A stretch of 64,000 nt of DNA from Asterias rubens (lineage: Eukaryota). The translations under genes were made by a program, and so were the position numbers. Shown here one piece after another: positions 57,322 through 64,000 of the stretch. The DNA is taken from assembly GCF_902459465.1 (NCBI RefSeq), contig NC_047079.1:8804001-8868000 (forward strand), read 5' to 3'. The notes under the pieces are model-generated. The model was not told the origin of the DNA, ran no database searches, and saw nothing but the letters and a program-made list of their open reading frames with translations. The number at the start of each line of letters is the position of its first letter. The stretch's first letter is position 1.

Positions 57322-59290
57322 CCACAATATGATGAATTGTACGAAAGAGGAAGTTGGGTTCTCCTTTTCTCTTTTTTGAAAACAACATCTGAGAATTAGC
57401 ACCCTCGATCTATTTTTTTTTACCCTTGATCTCATATTGCATAAAAACTGCACAAGTAGAGTTCAGAATTATGCATTCAGACAATTTGCACACTCTGCGC
57501 CACAATGGATCGCACATATTTTAAGATAAGAATCAGCAAGCGTAAGAAGCTAACCCGTGGGTTATATATTGACATCTAACGACTCGTCTGTGCCCCGCTG
57601 TAAAGGTCACCTACTGGTTAGACAAAAAACAAATGTAATTTTCTTAAATTTCAGAATCTGTTTGGCCAGCACTGCCAACACACATCTAAGAGCTCTGTAC
57701 GCTCGAGGTGTGGGTTTTGGAAATCTTCTCTCCCGAACGGCTGTTGGGGTGTGTGAACTGACGGGTAAATCAGGAAAGAAAATTATGCTTTGGCGAAGTT
57801 CCAGATGTTGTCGTCCGTGGTAATGTCTTTATATTGCTGGGTCGGGTCTTTTTCATGTACATAGATTTGTAATGACTGTGATCCTTGCCCTGCTGCTTCC
57901 CTGGTTGTGCCGTAAACTTTGGTGTGATCCCTGGTTATGTACAGCCAAAGGTTGAATGGCTCCTGACGGGTAACCCCGTACAACGATGGCACTGATAGCT
58001 CAGATGGTAGAGGGCTAGCCTAGTTATCTGTATGCTTCAATGCTTCATATCTTGTTGTAAGCCATTTTCAAGTTTTCCTTGTTCAACGTTATAATAATCC
58101 TGCCAAATATTTTTGAAATAACACCAGACTGCAGGACTTAAATTAAATGCAGTTATTGGACCAATTTTTAAAATTACTCGACTTTGACCAGTGGTCCCTT
58201 GCATAATGTACTTCAAGCCTTGTTTGTGTATGTCTTCGGTTGACTAAAAACAACATTTCCACAACATTCATATTGCCTATTTCTGGCAAAAGTATGTTTT
58301 TAACAGTAATCTGAATTTCTCTAAAACCCCTCAGTACAAACTCAACCTTTCAGCACTCAACCACTTTACTTCAAATGCGTGTATTTAATCTGATCTACCC
58401 AATTTTACTGGACTGGCCTATGGCGGACAATTTATTACCACAAGAAAGATGTCAGTCCAATGCTGTAGGCATGTAAACGTAAACTGTATCGCACTTAATC
58501 TTCTAGGCCAAAAAGCTTTCTTGATCGAAGTATTGTATTTATTATTATAATACAAATTTTATCTGTTTTTTATTTTATTTTTATTGTAATTTTTATTATC
58601 TCCTGTTGTATTTGATTCAATATTTTGATTTATTAGGCCCCCCCCCTATTATTCATTTTAAGGGGGCGGGGAGGTCCTTACTTTAATGGTGTTGGGAGTT
58701 TGGGGGAGTGGTCAAAGGAGTCCAGCTTATCTGCCTTTCAGCCCATTCACATTAAAACTAAAAAAAACAAGCAGAATGTCTTTAATACCAGCTGTTCCGA
58801 GAATACCGGGACGTCAGAAGAGAAGTCCCTGGCAAGCCCTGCTCTTCACTTTCGCTTGAGGGAACCTTACAATAATGACAAGGATAGTACAGTGCCGGCT
58901 ATGTTGCCAGTTCACTACGTCATACATCTTATGAGATGAGCTTCAAACATTGACAGCACTCCGAGAATAAATTGGTTTAATAGGAAGCCACTACCTTCAA
59001 CTACATGTAGTGTACAATCTACAATTACAGTTAGGCCCCCTACTATACATTACACGTACAGTGTTGTACACCCATACATGCCATAACATTGAATGTCTGC
59101 TTGCTTTTTCTGCATGATGCAGTACGATGTACAGCAGCCGGCCACGCTAATTCACTGTTGAACAACAGCCCTGTTTTAGTTTTATGAATTGTGGATTGTA
59201 TACTTGTGAAAAAGCTGCGGACTTGTGACAAAGCTGCAGACTACGACAATTTAACTGGTCTTGCTGGCTAGTCACTTGACCGTACATGCA

Positions 59291-59458
59291 CAGTCCCGCG
59301 ATGCAAGTTTTTGAAAGGGCACCGAGGCATTTTCTCCTTGAAGGAAACAGTAAATAAGGACATTGTAAATTTCTACTGTAGCATTCACGGGCACCAAGGC
59401 AATGACCATGGGGCATGGAGGCAATTAACTTCATTGCCTCCGTGAAGTATCAGGCCTG
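59291..59458. mobile_element. CAGGCCTG-family element, reverse orientation
   Basis: ...ttgcctccgtgaagtatcaggcctg. Confidence 0.75.
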
Positions 59459-62400
59459 CAAGTTTCAAATCTTACATGACAATGGCTTGATGTACACGTG
59501 TATCATTTCACTTGAGGCCTACCAGTTGTTTTGATTTGGTTTTAAAAATCAATTTGAAGACAAAACACTTACCACTCAAATCTAAGCTACAAATCTTTTA
59601 CCGTCTCAATACAAGAGTAGAGTACTTCGAAAGTGCAACGACTCCTAAGAAAAATATCAACTTCTGACTATGATTGCTCTGGCTGACCTTCAGAGGCTGA
59701 GCAACGATAGTACAGGAACCCTAACAAAAAGTGCAATCACGATGAAAAAAAAACAGCCACAAAATAGTAATTCCAGATGAAGAATAACTGCATAAATATT
59801 AAGACGCCAGTGTCTTCCTCTAAGCATCACCCAGACCAATCAAAATAAAATATACAAGACAAGAATTTAAAAAGAGAAACCTGTAGGATCGTAAGCGCAT
59901 CCTTGGTATCATTGTTTCCCCTCCCAATTAAGAGCCAATTTCAATCAATGAGGGAAAGATGAATATAATATCCTGACTGCCGGACAGCGTGTGCGGTGAA
60001 GTGTCAAGTCGGACGTTGAGGGGCTTCCTAGAGGAAAGGGTTGCCAGCGGGCATTTATATAGGGCCTAACGGCCCGCTGAGGCGTTTTATAAGCATGGGT
60101 CACTTTAACAATCGAATTGGAATCGCAAACAAATAAATGCAATGAACAAAATTTCAATTGAATAAACAGTCTCCCCCATTTACAAAAATATATTTTCAAG
60201 GTAGAAAATGAAGGAAACGTCAGTATTATTTTACATTGAACATGTAGGTCACTCAATTGAAAATGCTTTACAGTTATTCCCCTACTTACTTCATTGACAT
60301 ACATATTTTGTTTTCTTTGTTTGGCTATTTCCGAGAATCATTGATGAAGAAATTTATATCAAAAATCAGGTCAGTTCTACAGTCATCAAAATTTTGATGA
60401 AAAATTCAGAGTGTACCCTGATCAGTTTTTCTATTTATAACACTGATACCTCACCATACAATGCCTCAAATCACACACTGATACAGTCATCATTATCAAT
60501 AAAAACAAGTAATAAAGTGAAGTGTTTGCTAGGCGTATACATTGTTGTGTTTTCATTTTTAGGGGAGTTATTTAATTGAAAAATCATACAAAGTATGGTC
60601 CTGAAGCCGACGTAAGGGGCACACACAACCATTTTATGTGTTGAAGAACAGGATTTAAAGGAATGCCCACTGAGTGACTGCAACACAGAGCTTGTGTTCT
60701 TGTTAGAACAAGACAAATGGCCTAAAGGGCAACCTTAAAAGAAGGACAATTGCGACTGCCAGAACATTTTACAGGGCACCAAGGCAGTGACCAGCAGTGT
60801 AAAAAGGCAATCGCATTCGTTGCCTCGAGCCTGCGTATCCCCTTTAAAGTGCCATCGACTAAATCAATTTTTTTTTAACAGGATGCGTAGTGAGGCCTAC
60901 ATAATTAGTTTAGAATAATGAATTTTGGTGTTCATGGTGTACATGGTGTTAGGTCATTACGATGGTTGAGATTGAACGGTCAATAATTATGTGTCTGAAC
61001 AAAATTAATTTTCAATGCAGTACTGTCAATATAATTTCTGCATATGGCGCAGTTTAGTGACTATTCATGACGAAAGGTTAAAAAAGGGTGAAGTCGGGTC
61101 TGTAAAATGTTGAGTCGGATGATAATTGAGTGGAAAGCATTCGTACGTGCTCTAACCCAGAATTGCAATATCGGCATGACTACCACAACGGCCCTGCAAG
61201 AAGAGCAGTTAATAACTGGGAACATGCAGACGAACCCCCTTTTGTGTTACGCTGAATAGGAGAACTGGTCTAAACAATTGAGTTCAAAGCTTACGTGAGC
61301 AATCGTGATGTATTCCAAGCAAGATATTGATGTGGTTATGTAGAGGATGCCCACTGTAAATGACAATAGGCTATGTGATTGATTTGTGTTAAAGGGAATT
61401 TTGTTTTTGTGGGAAGTATTGCGTTTTTGTGATGCAATGTTACTCAATCAAAGAAGAAAAGATCCTGCCTCGGGACAGCCATGAGATTTAAATCAAATTT
61501 TATAAACAGTTTCCCTGTCTAAATCCTTTCGTAGGGACATAGACTTTTGATAAAATTAATTTTAAGAACCTGTTTTGCTAATGGGATAATCTGGTAGTAG
61601 GTCTTACAGTTTTTCAAGTTATGTGATTGTTGTTGTTGTTGTTGTTTTTGCATTTATTTACTGGTTACACAGATTGTAGCAACTGTATTGTAAACAACTG
61701 GGATGCATCTTTCACCAAAATGGCCCTATTGGGAAACGTTTCACAAAGATGAGCTAAATAATGCAGAGTTAGTCAAACAGGCTGAGACATCAGAACAGTT
61801 CAAAACCTGGTTAAAAACATGTGCTTTCTTCGTACAATACTTTGTTTCCATATACAGTGCATAGGGACCTCGCGATGATGCGCTATCTCTCTTGGGAATT
61901 GGTAGTTACAATAATTAATTATTATCTTTTTAAAACAAACCATAACAAGACCATCCCATAGCCTATAGATAGGCCGCAAAATAACTTTACTTGTTTATAA
62001 ATTAATGATTTTGATACTAAAAAGCCTGTTCATCCCTCCCTGTCATTCTGCCATAAATTCTTAATAAAATATACTTCCTTGACGCATGTAAGTAAGAGGT
62101 TGGAGAAATACAGTATTTTCGCCACAATAATGTTATCCTGGAAAAATATGACAAATATAAACTGTTGTAAATGTAAGAAATCAATTTGGTCATCAACATA
62201 AATGAGTGCTCGTATTGTGAATAAAGACTTAACAAAACAATGGCAAGATAAAATCATTAAAACAAAAAAAGAAACACAATTATTTGATGGGATCACAGCT
62301 ATTGCCAACAAAAAGTACCTACATCAGATAATATTGATTGAAGAAGAGTGTCAACGGTTGTCCGTCAAAATAATCTGGTCAAAATAAATTGTCCAATGTC

Positions 62401-62736
62401 AGCAATTTCATTCATTGAATTGAAATGTTATTGTCACAACTTATTATTAATATAATATTATGATTCCCTAAGAAAGACAAGAGAGCAATTGAAGAAGAAA
62501 AACACTTCCCTTATTTGGTATTCACGTAAAGCCAAAGTCATGTGATACTGATTTATCACGACTAAAAATGATGGTCCAAAATGGTTTGTTGACAAATGGC
62601 ACCCACAATCACACACAGCTCTACACATCACACGTTCTGCTGCCGACTCCCACTGCAAAGTTCACGCGTATTTTTGTCAAACATAAAAACTGAATACTCT
62701 AGTTTTCACGTCGTGATTTTAACCATTTTTACCTAC

Positions 62737-62940
62737 CTTGCACAGATGTTTTTGGCTCAGAATACAGCAGTATCTTCTTCTTCGACTATCAGTTCTTCAG
62801 TTCCGTTGTTTGCTCACTGCACTGGCTCCATATGAAGACTTTGAAGACATATTTTTGTTGCGAATTGCGAAGACCGTAAAGTTAGCACTGCCTGCTAAAT
62901 GTCGTCGTCTGTCACGTCTTGTTGCGCGGGCTGAGTAATA
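62737..62940 (-). other. Probable non-coding first exon / promoter-proximal region (upper boundary approximate)
   Basis: Strong donor AAG|gtaggt, CpG-richer than flanks, only short uORFs; assignment to this gene is inferred. Confidence 0.5.
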
Positions 62941-62943
62941 CTG

Positions 62944-62959
62944 CCCAATAGGGGGCGCC
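62944..62959 (+). promoter_or_regulatory. CTCF-like motif
   Basis: CCCAATAGGGGGCGCC. Confidence 0.55.
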
Positions 62960-63518
62960 CTGTCGAATTTTCACAGCCGGATTTTGAAGAAACGCCCATT
63001 CATCTCAACTTGATTGAAAAGAGTACGGTTCAAAAGTTTGATTTATAATTACTATACTATGATTAACAAAAATAAAAATAAAAGTCTTAGAAAACATAAT
63101 AATAAATACACACAACTTTGAATTTTGTTTTATTGGTTGGTCTTAATTTTTTTGGCATAAAGAATAGCCTGGGCGTCGGTCATGGTCAGCTTGAGAAAAA
63201 TAAATAATGAAAATGTTTTTGTATAAAAAAAAGGAACGATCATGCTGGTCAAATCAATGTTTATTACTCATAGTTGTGACCCTACGTCGTCTATAAAAGT
63301 CCATAGGTAAACGTTTACTTGTGTTCCATTGCTCTCCTTATCACTCAGTTCATCTGGTCCTTGCTCAATTATTGTTAATGTTCAGTGCCCTCCGCTCGAT
63401 CTTCTTTACCAAAAAAATAATCAAGCGCCCTCAACATTTCAGTATTTTTTTCCGATCAGAACTCTACCCCCCCCCCCAGCCTGAACGTCTACCCCCCCCC
63501 CCCCGTGCATATTTAAAT

Positions 63519-63533
63519 GGCGCCCTCTATGGT
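63519..63533 (-). promoter_or_regulatory. CTCF-like motif
   Basis: Reverse complement ACCATAGAGGGCGCC. Confidence 0.5.
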
Positions 63534-64000
63534 ATAAACTCTCGGGGTCGGAGCCCTAGTTTTTTTTTTTTTTTCTTCTTTTTAGCATGACGAGGGGAAA
63601 ATAATCGGTACGATCTGTTTATAAAGAAGGCAATTGCGTAGGCCGAGCGAAAAGGTAATAAACCAGGGCTACAGACAAGAATAATAATAAATTTATACTT
63701 ACAGAGCACACACATTAATTTATGTCGCAAGTGAGATTGAACATGAACATTATAATATAGCAAACGAACTCCCGGCTTTAATAGCTTGATTTGAAGTGGG
63801 AGAATACGCGTAAGTTCATTTCACGTACATTTCGCACATAATGATTAACGTGTGGAAAAACTAATCCGAATAAGAACCTACCTCTACTTTCTTTGAGCAG
63901 CTAAAAACAACAAAATAACAAGGAAGCAATCTGCTGGAACTTCACCTATTATTAAAACCTGCTCATCGGTTTTGACCTTATTTGGGCAGATTTATTCACA

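Noticed and set aside
40000-62700. Nested protein-coding gene or autonomous transposon in the first intron
   Set aside because: All ORFs there are short (at most ~160 aa), lack recognisable domains and mostly overlap repeats.
1-64000. CRISPR array, rRNA or prokaryotic system
   Set aside because: No repeat-spacer periodicity or rRNA motifs; the sequence is intron-rich animal DNA.

Overview
AT-rich animal (metazoan) genomic DNA with spliceosomal GT-AG introns. From memory the repeat landscape resembles an invertebrate deuterostome such as a sea star; this is inference and unverified. Almost the whole window is one minus-strand gene, an ARHGEF10/ARHGEF10L-type Rho guanine nucleotide exchange factor. 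I assembled it by hand: a probable non-coding first exon (~62737-62940), a start-codon exon (39576-39924, ATG at 39632) and 24 further exons down to 494. All splice phases are compatible, giving ~1372 codons: acidic Tyr-motif N-terminus, DH domain, PH-like domain and beta-propeller. The last exon(s) lie left of the window. The model includes exons absent from the ORF track: two frame-preserving microexons (15 nt SYLEW, 21 nt TAKNVPK) and phase-1 symmetric exons (123 and 267 nt) that each carry an acidic Tyr motif. The introns are full of non-autonomous elements: Kolobok-type TTAA elements, a piggyBac-type MITE, CAGGCCTG-ended elements with apparent 6-bp target duplications, AT-flanked AGACC MITEs, several tRNA-SINE families and L2 LINE 3' ends. 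There are also local tandem duplications and many CTCF-like motifs. No autonomous transposon, intact RNA gene, CRISPR array or second protein-coding gene could be supported. All coordinates were read by eye.
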